From NCBI GenBank assembly GCA_017536505.1, contig JAFXHG010000027.1, positions 89,286-153,285 of the forward strand: a stretch of 64,000 nt of DNA, given 5' to 3'. The DNA comes from Bacilli bacterium. Lineage in GTDB: Bacteria; Bacillota_I; Bacilli_A; RF39; UBA660. The stretch's first letter is position 1. Each line of letters starts with the position of its first letter. The translations under genes were made by a program, and so were the position numbers. The notes beneath the pieces were generated by a model. It saw only the letters and a list, made by a program, of their open reading frames with translations. It searched no databases and was not told the DNA's origin. Positions 49,009 through 59,170 of this stretch are shown here, piece by piece.

Positions 49009-50001
49009 ATGTATCAACTAACTAAAGGAGTACTTGCACTAATGATTGGATTTATGATTTCAATAGTATTCGGTGTAATTTTAGTACCTCTTTTAAAAAA
49101 ATTAAAAGCTAAACAATCTTTAAGTAGTTTTTTATTTAAAAAACATAAAGAAAAAGAAGGCACTCCAACTATGGGAGGTTTAATATTTATTATTCCTACT
49201 ATACTTGCGATTATAATATTACTCGTTTGGAATAAAATAGAGTTTTCAGCAAACCTGTTTATAGTAATGTTTGTATTCTTAAGTTATGCATTATTAGGAT
49301 TTATAGATGATTATTTAATAATTAAAAGAAAAAACAATGAAGGCCTTACTGTTGTACAAAAATTAATAGGTCAAATTCTAATTGCTATTATATTTTTCAT
49401 AATATATATGAAAAGTGGAGCAGAACCAGTTGTTGAGATTTATACACTAGGAATAGAAATTCCACTTGGATGGTTTTATGGATTCTTTATATTATTTATG
49501 TTAGTAGCAAGTTCTAATGCAGTTAATATTACAGATGGATTAGATGGATTAGCTGGCGGGCTTTCTATGATAGCATTTTTAACATTTGCTTTAATAAGTG
49601 CTAATTCACCGGCGATACAAGGTACTGGGGATATAGCAGTTTTCTGTTTTGTTCTTGTTGGATGCTTACTTGGATTTCTTGCATTTAATTCAAGACCTGC
49701 AAAAGTATTTATGGGTGATACAGGAAGTTTAGCTTTAGGAGCTACAATGGCAACAATAGCTATTATAACAAAACATGAATTTACTTTTATAATAGTAGCT
49801 GGAGTATTTATATTTGAAACTTTAGTTTGCTTAATACAAATTATAAGTATGGTATTCTTTCATAAAAAAGTATTCTTAATGACACCATTTCATCATCATT
49901 TAGAAAAACTTGGATGGAAAGAAAGAGACATAGTAATAACTTTTTGGTGTATAGGTCTATTACTTAGTATGGCAGCAATTTTATTTGGAGTATGGTATTA
50001 A
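49009..50001 (+). CDS. mraY: Phospho-MurNAc-pentapeptide transferase
   Basis: GTPTMGG, GFIDD, NAVNITDGLDGL, VFMGDTGS, PFHHH. Confidence 0.97.
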   Translation: MYQLTKGVLALMIGFMISIVFGVILVPLLKKLKAKQSLSSFLFKKHKEKEGTPTMGGLIFIIPTILAIIILLVWNKIEFSANLFIVMFVFLSYALLGFIDDYLIIKRKNNEGLTVVQKLIGQILIAIIFFIIYMKSGAEPVVEIYTLGIEIPLGWFYGFFILFMLVASSNAVNITDGLDGLAGGLSMIAFLTFALISANSPAIQGTGDIAVFCFVLVGCLLGFLAFNSRPAKVFMGDTGSLALGATMATIAIITKHEFTFIIVAGVFIFETLVCLIQIISMVFFHKKVFLMTPFHHHLEKLGWKERDIVITFWCIGLLLSMAAILFGVWY

Positions 50002-50069
50002 CCATACTTTTTTTCATAAAAATTACACATTTTCGACAATTTTAATACACATTTAAAATATATAATTTA

Positions 50070-50148
50070 AATGCAAGGTGAAAAACCTTGTTAAGGGAAA
50101 TCCCTAACAAACACTCCTTACTACTGTAAAAGCCTATATGGCTTTTAT
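50070..50148 (+). ncRNA. Candidate small RNA (two hairpins, CU-rich linker, terminator)
   Basis: TATAAT at 50061; CAAGG-TGAAAAA-CCTTG; AGGG-AAAT-CCCT; CACTCCTT; AAAAGCC-TATAT-GGCTTTT; TTCGACA (reverse 0A box) at 50032. Confidence 0.5.
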
Positions 50149-50150
50149 TT

Positions 50151-50540
50151 TTATATTACAGGATTTTCTACATCAGCTACATTTTCGGTATTAGATAGAC
50201 TAACAACATATAAAGCTATAATACCACTTACAATGATAAATAAAGAAGCAAGTATTTGTAGTTTATATGGTTTTAAATTTTCTCCTTCTTCTTTAGATAT
50301 TTTGAATAATATAAAGTTGACATATAAAAATACAAAAGAAAGTATTAATATTAATTTTCTATTAAATAAGGTTATTTTTAATGCTTCTTTAGGAGTAAAT
50401 AAAGTTTCTTTACCCTCTAACTCTAGTTTTTGATTATAGGTGATAATAATAGAAATTATAGCTGTGATAACAGTAAATACTAAAGCTATTAATTGTATAT
50501 CAATAGTATTTACTTCTTCTTTTTTATGGTATTTGGACAT
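50151..50540 (-). CDS. Hypothetical membrane protein (3 TM)
   Basis: Three hydrophobic helices; GGTGA SD. Confidence 0.65.
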   Translation of the reverse strand: MSKYHKKEEVNTIDIQLIALVFTVITAIISIIITYNQKLELEGKETLFTPKEALKITLFNRKLILILSFVFLYVNFILFKISKEEGENLKPYKLQILASLFIIVSGIIALYVVSLSNTENVADVENPVI

Positions 50541-50582
50541 ATTATCACCAATTAATTATATGTATAAAAAAATTAAGAAATA

Positions 50583-51443
50583 TTATTTATTTCTTAATCT
50601 ATAAAAGTTAATTGAAGGTTTATTAAATAATCTAAATTTATATTTAGTAGTACCAATACCACTAGAAATATATAGTTTCGTATTTTCTAATTTATAAAAT
50701 TCATCAGTATATATTTTTGAATACTTATCTTTTATAATACCTCCTATAAAAGGTATTTTTACTTGTCCACCATGTGAGTGACCTGCAAGTATTAAATTAA
50801 ATTTAGAATAATCTATGCTATTTATAATATCAGGTTCATGTACTATCAGTATTGAATATTTATATTTAGTATTTATTTCTTCATAAATAGAATTTAAAGT
50901 ATTTTTTATATGTTTCTTTTTGTAATTAGAATTAATTCCAACTAATAATATAGGTTCATTTCCGTTATTATAAATGAATTCATAGTTATCATTTAAATTT
51001 ATAAAATTACTATTATTAATAACTTCTTCCCAATTATCTATATTTAAGTCATCTTCTCCTTTAATCGCATATTTATCTATATTATAATCAATCTTTTTTA
51101 AAATCTTTTTTAAATCTTTAAAATCTTTTTTTGAATATTTTATATTACTGTCAAATAAATCACCAGTTAATATAACGATATCAGGTTTAAGTAAATTAAT
51201 TTCTTTAACTAACTTTTCTAAATCTTCTTTAGTAGTTGTCACTTTATAATGAATATCACTTAATTGAACTATTTTAAGTCCATAAAAGTTATTAGGTAAA
51301 TTAGAATCTACAACACCATATTCTTTAACAGTAAATCCCTTAGTACCAAAATACCTACTATATAAAGTTATAGAACTAATAATAAGTATTAAAAAAAATA
51401 AAACTTTTACCCATCTTCTTATTTTAATACGTTTGATATTCAT
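50583..51443 (-). CDS. Calcineurin-like metallophosphoesterase (YkuE/YkoQ-like)
   Basis: QLSDIH, LTGDL, HEPD, LAGHSHGGQ, GIG; N-terminal TM; ATG start inferred from the GGTGA SD. Confidence 0.88.
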   Translation of the reverse strand: MNIKRIKIRRWVKVLFFLILIISSITLYSRYFGTKGFTVKEYGVVDSNLPNNFYGLKIVQLSDIHYKVTTTKEDLEKLVKEINLLKPDIVILTGDLFDSNIKYSKKDFKDLKKILKKIDYNIDKYAIKGEDDLNIDNWEEVINNSNFINLNDNYEFIYNNGNEPILLVGINSNYKKKHIKNTLNSIYEEINTKYKYSILIVHEPDIINSIDYSKFNLILAGHSHGGQVKIPFIGGIIKDKYSKIYTDEFYKLENTKLYISSGIGTTKYKFRLFNKPSINFYRLRNK

Positions 51444-51553
51444 ATTATCACCATGACAATTATACAATAAAAACTAATTAAAAACAACACACCACTATTG
51501 AATTATTTTTGATATTAATATATAATTATTTTAGGATAATTGGTGGTGATTAT

Positions 51554-52324
51554 ATGAAACTTAATAATAAGGGATTTGCGATATCTACAATCATGTATAT
51601 GATATTAATTATGGCAGTATTATTGATAACAATAACACTTACTCTTTTAAGTAGTAGAAAACTTGTTTTAGATAAAACAAAGCAAGAAACACTAGAAAAT
51701 ATTTATTCAAAATTACCATCTCAATATCAAGAAGTAGAGCATATAGAAAGTACAGGAACACAATATATTGATACTGGTATAATACCTAATCAGTATACTG
51801 GATTTGATATAATTTTTTTAACTAAAAACAGCTTAATATCAACACCTTCTGGAACTATATCTGGATATGGTTCTGTAATGGGGGCAAGACAAGCTAGTTC
51901 CAATAAAGAATTTCAATTGACTACTTACTCAGCAACTGGGGGAAATTATTTTGGAACATTAAGATATAACAATACAAGTAATAATGCAGGAATAACACCA
52001 AATGTCAAGATGCACGTTACATTATTAAACAAGGTATACACAGATAATAATGGTGCTAAAACAACTTTAAGTGGAACATTTACTGCACCAGTAACATTAA
52101 CAGTGTTTGCTTTAAATAATAATGGAACAATAACACAACATGGTATCGTACAATTATATAGTTTAAAATTATATAATGAAAGTACTATGATAAGAAATTT
52201 TATTCCTTGTTATAGAAAATCAGATGGAGAAATAGGACTTTATGATACTATAGAAAATAAATTTTATAGTAATGAAGGTACAGAAAAATTCATGAAAGGT
52301 AATGATATTAAATATAATAAATAA
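51554..52324 (+). CDS. Type IV pilin-like protein with C-terminal beta-rich (LamG-like) domain
   Basis: MKLNNKG/FAISTIMYMIL class III signal without Glu+5; EHIESTGTQYIDTG ... RNFIPC ... GLYD domain. Confidence 0.7.
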   Translation: MKLNNKGFAISTIMYMILIMAVLLITITLTLLSSRKLVLDKTKQETLENIYSKLPSQYQEVEHIESTGTQYIDTGIIPNQYTGFDIIFLTKNSLISTPSGTISGYGSVMGARQASSNKEFQLTTYSATGGNYFGTLRYNNTSNNAGITPNVKMHVTLLNKVYTDNNGAKTTLSGTFTAPVTLTVFALNNNGTITQHGIVQLYSLKLYNESTMIRNFIPCYRKSDGEIGLYDTIENKFYSNEGTEKFMKGNDIKYNK

Positions 52325-52331
52325 AAAAATA

Positions 52332-52588
52332 TTTACAAATTTAATAAAATATTTTATAATATATAAAAACTTTGAACTTGAGGAGTAATTTATTTAGTAG
52401 TTACAAGAGAGGAAAAGTAATAGCTGAAAGCTTTTCTTAACGAAGAATAGATGAAGGTAGCAAGGGAGTTGAGTATCTAAGTAAATAGGATATTCCGGTT
52501 AAACCGTTATAATATAGAGGTATAGAAATATACAAATTAAGGTGGTACCACGTAAATCACGTCCTTATATTAGGATGTGATTTTTTTT
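52332..52588 (+). promoter_or_regulatory. Valine T-box riboswitch
   Basis: TTTACA-17-TATAAT promoter; AGAGA and GCTG boxes; GTA specifier at 52457; AAGGTGGTACCACG T-box at 52539; terminator ATCACGTCCT..AGGATGTGAT-T8. Confidence 0.92.
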
Positions 52589-52598
52589 GGAGGAATTT

Positions 52599-53333
52599 AT
52601 GGATATAGAAAGTTTGAAAGAAATATTTAAAAATTATGTTAAAAACTATGATATGAATGAACTTGCTATTATAAGGAAGTATTATCACTCATATAGAGTA
52701 ATGGATCTTTGTATATATATTGCTAATAAAAATAATTTTAGTGAAAAAGATACACAAATTTCTACGCTTGTTGGATTATTACATGATTATGCTAGATTCG
52801 AACAATGGACTAAGTATAAAACTTATAGTGATTTAAATTCTATTGATCATGGAGATTTGGCTGTTAAAAAGTTGTTTGATAATAATGAAATAAAAGATTA
52901 TTGTTTAAATAAAGAGTATTATGATGAAATATATGATGCTATAAAATATCATAATAAAATTAATTTTTCAGATGAAATAAGTGTTCATAATAAATTAATA
53001 TGTAAAGTTATAAGAGATGCTGATAAATTAGACATATTTTATCTATTAGGTGCTGAAAAAGATTTAATGAAACAAGATAATAAAAATATAAGTGAAAAAA
53101 TAAAAGAAGATTTTTATAATCATAAACAAATTAGTAGAAAAGAAATACAAACTGAAAATGATAATATTTTATTGGATTTATCGATGGTTTATGATTTGAA
53201 TTTTAAATGCTCATTTGAATACTTAAAAGAAAACAATTTAATAAATAAAATGTTTGAAAATATTGTAGATAAAGATAGATTTAAAGAATATTTTGACTAT
53301 ATAAATAAATACATAGAAGAAAGGATAAGATAA
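52599..53333 (+). CDS. HD-domain protein
   Basis: [26 protein letters not shown]. Confidence 0.88.
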   Translation: MDIESLKEIFKNYVKNYDMNELAIIRKYYHSYRVMDLCIYIANKNNFSEKDTQISTLVGLLHDYARFEQWTKYKTYSDLNSIDHGDLAVKKLFDNNEIKDYCLNKEYYDEIYDAIKYHNKINFSDEISVHNKLICKVIRDADKLDIFYLLGAEKDLMKQDNKNISEKIKEDFYNHKQISRKEIQTENDNILLDLSMVYDLNFKCSFEYLKENNLINKMFENIVDKDRFKEYFDYINKYIEERIR

Positions 53334-53334
53334 C

Positions 53335-55857
53335 ATGTTAGAAAAAAAATATAATCATATTGAAGTAGAAAAAGATAAGTATAATAGCTGGAAAGAAAAA
53401 GGATATTTTGAATCAGGAGATTTAAGCAAAAAACCATATTGTATAGTAATCCCTCCACCAAATGTAACTGGTAAATTACACTTAGGACATGCTTGGGATA
53501 CAACTTTACAAGATATTATGATTCGTTATAAAAAGTTAGATGGATATGATGTTTTATGGTTGCCAGGTATGGATCATGCAGCTATAGCTACTGAAGCAAA
53601 AGTAGTTGCGCGTCTTAAAGATAATGGAATAAATAAATATGAACTAGGTAGAGAAGGATTCTTAGAAGAATGTTGGAAATGGACTAAAGAATATTCTGAA
53701 AATATAAGAATGCAATGGGCAAAACTTGGACTTGCTTTAGATTATAGAAAAGAGGCATTTACTCTTGATGAAAATTTATCATATGCAGTTAAATATGTAT
53801 TTAAAAAATTATATGATGAAGGATTAATATATAGAGGAGAAAAAATTATAAACTGGGATCCAGTTGCTAAAACAGCTTTAAGTAACGAAGAAGTTATTTA
53901 TAAAGATGATGAAGGTGCTTTCTATCATTTAAAATATTTTATTGAGGGTAGTGATGAATATTTAGAAGTTGCTACAACTCGTCCTGAAACTTTATTTGGG
54001 GATACAGCAGTTGCTGTTAATCCAGAAGATAAAAGATATAAACATTTAATAGGTAAAAATGTAGTACTTCCAGTACTTAATAAATTAATTCCAGTAGTAG
54101 GTGATGAACATGCTGATATGGAATTTGGTACAGGTGTTGTTAAAATAACTCCTGCCCATGATCCTAATGACTTTGAAGTAGGAAATCGTCATAATTTAGA
54201 TAGAGTAATAGTTATGAATGAAGATGCTACTATGAACGAAAATGCTGGTAAGTATTGTGGAATGACTAGAGAAGCTTGTAGAGATGCTCTTGTTAAAGAT
54301 TTAGAAGAATCAGGTATACTTATTAGTATAGAAAAAATGACACATAGTGTAGGTCATAGTGAAAGAACAGATGCAGTAGTTGAACCATATCTTTCTAAAC
54401 AATGGTTTGTTAAAATGAGACCACTTGCTGATAGAGTACTTGATAATCAAAAAAATAAAGATACTAAAGTAAACTTTGTTCCATCTCGTTTTGAAAAAAC
54501 AATGAATCACTGGATGGAAATAACTTATGACTGGTGTATATCTCGTCAACTTTGGTGGGGACATAGAATACCTGCTTGGTATAAAGATGATGAAATATAT
54601 GTAGGAATAGAAGCTCCTACTGAAGAAGGTTGGGTACAAGATAATGATGTACTAGATACTTGGTTTAGTAGTGCTCTTTGGCCTTTTGCTACAATGGGAT
54701 GGCCTAATGAGTCTGATGATTTAAAAAGATATTATCCAAATGATGTACTTGTAACTGGTTATGATATTATACCTTTCTGGGTAAATAGAATGACTTTCCA
54801 AGGATTAAAGTTTACTGATACTAGACCATTTAGAGATTGTCTAATACATGGACTTATTCGTGATAAGCAAGGTAGAAAAATGAGTAAATCTTTAGGTAAT
54901 GGTGTAGATCCTATGGATGTTATAGAAGAATCAGGATGTGATTCTCTAAGATATTTCCTTGCTACTAGTAGTGCTCCTGGTATGGATTTAAGATATGATG
55001 AAGAAAAAGTTAAAAGTACTTGGAACTTTATTAATAAACTTTGGAATGCATCTAGATTTGTACTTATGAACATAGAAGATTTAAATACTGATACTTATAC
55101 ACTAGAAAATTTAAATACTTCTGATAAATGGATATTAAATAAATTAAATAATTTAATTAAATTAGTTCGTAAACATATGGAAAAATATGAATTCAATGTA
55201 GTAGGTAGTGAATTATATTCATTTATTTGGGATAATTTCTGTGATTGGTATATAGAACTATCAAAACATAATATGAACAATACTACTAAGAGTGTACTTT
55301 TAAAAGTATTAACTGATATACTTAAACTATTACACCCATTCATGCCATTTGTTACAGAAGAAATATATTCTATGTTGCCAATTAAAGAAGCTGAATCTAT
55401 AATGTTAAGTAATTATCCTAAATATAGTAAAGATTTTAATTTTGATGTAGATTTAGATTATACACTTGATTTAATAACAAAAGTAAGAAAAACTAAATTA
55501 GAAAATAATATAAAAGAATATAATATTTATTACAAAGAATTAAATAATATAGAAATACTATCTAATATGTTAAAATTAGATACTAATAATTTTATAACAG
55601 AAAAGAATGAGTTAGATGAAATAGTAATAGATAAGAATGTTTCAATTTTATATGATGGCTCTGATAATAAAGAAAAAGAGTTAGAAAATCTATTAAAAGA
55701 AAAAGAAAGACTTGAAAATAGTATTTCAAGAAGAGAAAAATTGCTTTCTAATGAAAATTATGTAGCTAAAGCTCCACAAAATATAGTAGAACAAGAAAGA
55801 AAAAATTTAAGTATGGAAAAAGAAAATTTAGAAGCAATTTTAACTAAATTGAAATAA
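53335..55857 (+). CDS. valS: Valine--tRNA ligase
   Basis: [30 protein letters not shown]-terminal coiled coil. Confidence 0.98.
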   Translation: MLEKKYNHIEVEKDKYNSWKEKGYFESGDLSKKPYCIVIPPPNVTGKLHLGHAWDTTLQDIMIRYKKLDGYDVLWLPGMDHAAIATEAKVVARLKDNGINKYELGREGFLEECWKWTKEYSENIRMQWAKLGLALDYRKEAFTLDENLSYAVKYVFKKLYDEGLIYRGEKIINWDPVAKTALSNEEVIYKDDEGAFYHLKYFIEGSDEYLEVATTRPETLFGDTAVAVNPEDKRYKHLIGKNVVLPVLNKLIPVVGDEHADMEFGTGVVKITPAHDPNDFEVGNRHNLDRVIVMNEDATMNENAGKYCGMTREACRDALVKDLEESGILISIEKMTHSVGHSERTDAVVEPYLSKQWFVKMRPLADRVLDNQKNKDTKVNFVPSRFEKTMNHWMEITYDWCISRQLWWGHRIPAWYKDDEIYVGIEAPTEEGWVQDNDVLDTWFSSALWPFATMGWPNESDDLKRYYPNDVLVTGYDIIPFWVNRMTFQGLKFTDTRPFRDCLIHGLIRDKQGRKMSKSLGNGVDPMDVIEESGCDSLRYFLATSSAPGMDLRYDEEKVKSTWNFINKLWNASRFVLMNIEDLNTDTYTLENLNTSDKWILNKLNNLIKLVRKHMEKYEFNVVGSELYSFIWDNFCDWYIELSKHNMNNTTKSVLLKVLTDILKLLHPFMPFVTEEIYSMLPIKEAESIMLSNYPKYSKDFNFDVDLDYTLDLITKVRKTKLENNIKEYNIYYKELNNIEILSNMLKLDTNNFITEKNELDEIVIDKNVSILYDGSDNKEKELENLLKEKERLENSISRREKLLSNENYVAKAPQNIVEQERKNLSMEKENLEAILTKLK

Positions 55858-55930
55858 TATTTTTACAAAAAAGAAAAGAAACACTTTTCTTTTTTTTAAA
55901 ATATGCTATAATAAATATTAGGGTGATGAT

Positions 55931-56473
55931 ATGAGCTTTTTAGAAGAAATAAAATTGAGTTTAAAAAGCAATCCTAATTTAACTGATGAAATAAGAAATA
56001 AACTGTTTGAATTAGTAGTTAACTTTAATAGAAAGTTACCAGAAATAGATCTATCAAAATTGAATAATAAATTAAAAACAGTTAAAATAGGAAAAATAAG
56101 TAAATTTGAAAGAAAAGGAACATATTATTACGACGTATTTAAAAATGCAATATTGTTTTCTAAAGATTTAGAAGAGGACTATGATGTAGATCATTTACTT
56201 ACAAAAGCTATACTTCAAATGAGTACTAGTACAGAAACATTTACAGGTTTCAATTCTGATGATAGGTTAAGAGCGCTTAATCTAGCTTATACAGAAATAC
56301 TTGCTAATTACATAATTGGGAATGAAGGGGATTCTGATTTAGAAGAAGAAATGTTAGTTACTAATCTTTTAAGTCATATTGTTGGCAAAGATACTATGTT
56401 TAATTCATATTTTACAAATAATGGAGAACCTATTATAAAAGCTATGCAAGATGCGGAGGTTGGATTAATATGA
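55931..56473 (+). CDS. Hypothetical protein, possibly a degenerate zincin fold
   Basis: HLLTKAILQM...ALNLAYTEILA resembles HExxH...LNEGxTE with ligands lost. Confidence 0.55.
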   Translation: MSFLEEIKLSLKSNPNLTDEIRNKLFELVVNFNRKLPEIDLSKLNNKLKTVKIGKISKFERKGTYYYDVFKNAILFSKDLEEDYDVDHLLTKAILQMSTSTETFTGFNSDDRLRALNLAYTEILANYIIGNEGDSDLEEEMLVTNLLSHIVGKDTMFNSYFTNNGEPIIKAMQDAEVGLI

Positions 56474-56856
56474 CAAGTATAGTAAATTTTGAAGAAAGAA
56501 TGAAAAGTGCTGGAACTCTAACAAATGAATTTTTTGATTCACTAAACAGATTACATGATGCAAAATTAACTGGAGCTTTAAAAAAAGATGAATATTCTAA
56601 ATTGTTAATTTTGGAAGATAAATTTTTTGCTAACTTAGTTAGAAAAGGTTTAAAAACAGAAGAAGATGTACAAACATATGAGACAGATATGGCAACAGGT
56701 AAAACTCCAATAGGTAATTATCCTCATGAAGATTTATCTTTAGCATTCAATACTGTTAAACAAACTAATACTGCCGCATTATTTGATGCAGAAACACTAA
56801 ATAGAAAAACTGAAATAGCAGATAGCTATTCAAAAGGTTTAAAAAAAGTAAGTTAA
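56470..56856 (+). CDS. Hypothetical protein
   Basis: Overlaps the upstream gene (ATGA coupling); GGAGG SD. Confidence 0.65.
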   Translation: MTSIVNFEERMKSAGTLTNEFFDSLNRLHDAKLTGALKKDEYSKLLILEDKFFANLVRKGLKTEEDVQTYETDMATGKTPIGNYPHEDLSLAFNTVKQTNTAALFDAETLNRKTEIADSYSKGLKKVS

Positions 56857-56952
56857 AGTTATGAAATTCATAACTTTTTTCTTGACTAAAAAAAATATAT
56901 ATACTACAATTAATTTGTAGAAAAGAAGATATAAATCGGATTGGAGGTTTAT

Positions 56953-57210
56953 ATGAAAAAAGATTTAGAGTTAGTTAAATTTAATCTAACTCCAAGTATG
57001 TCTTTAGAACTTATTAAATTTAATAAAATAAAAAAAGAAATAAATAAGTTAAAAGAACTTTACAATCTAGATAAAAACGAAGAACTGCTATTAAAAATAA
57101 ATGATTTAGAAAGAGAACTTATAAATTGTAGAAATACATTTATTAGAGAGTTTAGACTTAATAATCAAGATGAAATAACTACATATTTGCAAATAAAAGA
57201 TAAGTTTTAA
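56953..57210 (+). CDS. Hypothetical small coiled-coil protein
   Basis: GGAGG SD; TTGACT...TACAAT promoter upstream. Confidence 0.65.
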   Translation: MKKDLELVKFNLTPSMSLELIKFNKIKKEINKLKELYNLDKNEELLLKINDLERELINCRNTFIREFRLNNQDEITTYLQIKDKF

Positions 57211-57242
57211 ATTGACTTGAAAAAAAGATAGAAAATATATTT

Positions 57243-58622
57243 CTATCTTTTTTTTGTTAACATATATGCTTTCTCAGTCTTTGTTGGTCTAGTTAAATGA
57301 ATGTTAGAGTAATCACCTGCAAAAATTCTAAACATAGCACTACTAATAACATCATCAAAAATAGCTTTTAAACTTCTAGCTCCACTTTCTAATTCAATTG
57401 CTTTTTCTGCTATATAATCTATAAAATCATCATCATAGGTAAATTCAATTCCCATTACCTCAAATAAGTATTTATATGTATTTATTGGACTAAAGTTTGA
57501 TTCGAGTAATATTCTCTTTATGTCTTCTTTACTTAAGTTATTCATAGCAACTAATTTTGAAAATCTACCCATAAGTTCTCTCATAATACCATACTCAACA
57601 AAATCTTTTGTAGTTATATTAGTATAATCATCATTTTTTACCATTTCAGTAAAAGCACCTAGTGATACAATTGATAATTTAGACGTATTAAATGTTAATC
57701 CATCAAAATAATATTCTGTACCATCTAATAACTTCAAAAGAGATCTTTGAACTCCTTCTCTAGATACATGACTACGAGTAGTATCTTTTTCAGCTAATTT
57801 ATCAAATTCATCAATAACAAGAATACCTTTTTCAGCAGATTCCATATTTTTTCCAGAAGCTAAATATAAATTATTTAACATATCAGTAATTTTTCTACCA
57901 ATAAACCCTGATTCTGTTAAGGAAGTGGCATCCTCTATAACAATAGGAACTTTATATATTTTTGCTATTCTTTTTAATATCTCTGTTTTACCAGTTCCTG
58001 TTGAACCATAAACAATTATGTTTTCTTTTAATTTGTTAATCATATCAATATCAAAATTAGAATTAACTACTTTTTGATTTTTAAATAGTGTAGTTAGTAT
58101 TTTCATAATTTGTTCATCTTGAGAAATAATAGTTTTTTTAATCTCGTTATAAATTTGTGATATATCTGAATCTTTATTTAAAACATTTTCATCAAACTCT
58201 TTTTGCTTTTCTTTTGTACTTTCAATAATTTTTAGTATTTTTTCTTCTTTAATTAAGTCATATCGATCTTCAATTTCATTATAGAAATAAACAGTTCCTA
58301 TGATTTTTTTTCGTTGAGACATAAATTTATCTATATCCATTGTATTATTATTTTCTTCACATAATTTACTAAAAGTCTTAAAACCAGCGGCTAAAAATTT
58401 TTTATTAGGATCATATATTAAAGGAAGTTCGCTTCCAAGATTTTTAGATAATGAAGTAAAAAGAAAGGAGCCATCTTTGTATTCATATGCAAATCCACAC
58501 ACACAGTCAACAATTTCATAGTATGTTTTTACTTTATCATCTGTTTGGATTTGTTTTTTTTTCATTATACAAGCTATTCCTATATTTTTTAGATTATGTT
58601 TATCAACATTATCATATTTCAT
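57243..58622 (-). CDS. ClpX/HslU-like AAA+ ATPase with atypical N-terminus
   Basis: ISQDE, GSTGTGKT, DATSLTESGFIG, IDEFDK, GVQRSLLK, GRF, GARSL. Confidence 0.85.
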   Translation of the reverse strand: MKYDNVDKHNLKNIGIACIMKKKQIQTDDKVKTYYEIVDCVCGFAYEYKDGSFLFTSLSKNLGSELPLIYDPNKKFLAAGFKTFSKLCEENNNTMDIDKFMSQRKKIIGTVYFYNEIEDRYDLIKEEKILKIIESTKEKQKEFDENVLNKDSDISQIYNEIKKTIISQDEQIMKILTTLFKNQKVVNSNFDIDMINKLKENIIVYGSTGTGKTEILKRIAKIYKVPIVIEDATSLTESGFIGRKITDMLNNLYLASGKNMESAEKGILVIDEFDKLAEKDTTRSHVSREGVQRSLLKLLDGTEYYFDGLTFNTSKLSIVSLGAFTEMVKNDDYTNITTKDFVEYGIMRELMGRFSKLVAMNNLSKEDIKRILLESNFSPINTYKYLFEVMGIEFTYDDDFIDYIAEKAIELESGARSLKAIFDDVISSAMFRIFAGDYSNIHLTRPTKTEKAYMLTKKR

Positions 58623-58701
58623 TCTAATCACTCCAGTTGTCTTATATTATAGCACACTTCCCATTAAAATTAAGAAAAAACTTAATTTTTTTTCTTGAAA
58701 A

Positions 58702-58767
58702 AAAGGAAATAGAAAAGTTTTGTAGAATAATATATATGAGGGAAAAAGATATTCTACTTTTGTCGAA
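58702..58767 (+). promoter_or_regulatory. SigH-type promoter and Spo0A box upstream of spoIIAA
   Basis: AAAGGAAAT-11-GTAGAATAA matches the B. subtilis SigH consensus; TGTCGAA at 58761-58767. Confidence 0.7.
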
Positions 58768-58818
58768 AGTGTATAATTTGAGATTAATGTGTGCTAAATT
58801 AAATAGGAAGGTGAATAT

Positions 58819-59166
58819 ATGCTAAATGTAGGAACTGAATTCAGAAAAGGAATATTATTTGTAAGACTAAAAGGTCATTTAAATAAAGATACTATAAATA
58901 AACTAAATAAAAGAGTTACTAAAGTAGTTAAAGATAATGGGATAAGAAATATAGTATTTAACTTTACTAATTTAAAATCAATAGATATAAAAGGAATTAA
59001 TACTATATTTTATAATTATGAACTATGTAAAAACAATGAAGGTAGAAGTCTTATGTGTGGCAATAATGATAACATAAGGGGAAAACTTAAAAGAAGTAGG
59101 TTAGTTAATTATATATATGAAACAACAGATGAATTAAGTGCATTAAAAATACTAAATTTAAGGTGA
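58819..59166 (+). CDS. spoIIAA: SpoIIAA-like STAS anti-anti-sigma factor (phospho-Ser absent)
   Basis: LFVRLKGHL, NIVFNFTNLKSIDIKG STAS pattern; directly upstream of sigF. Confidence 0.75.
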   Translation: MLNVGTEFRKGILFVRLKGHLNKDTINKLNKRVTKVVKDNGIRNIVFNFTNLKSIDIKGINTIFYNYELCKNNEGRSLMCGNNDNIRGKLKRSRLVNYIYETTDELSALKILNLR

Positions 59167-59170
59167 TAAT

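Noticed and set aside
58637-58825. 62-aa plus-strand ORF upstream of spoIIAA considered as a missing regulator
   Set aside because: No SD, no HATPase or other motif, and it spans the SigH promoter and 0A box
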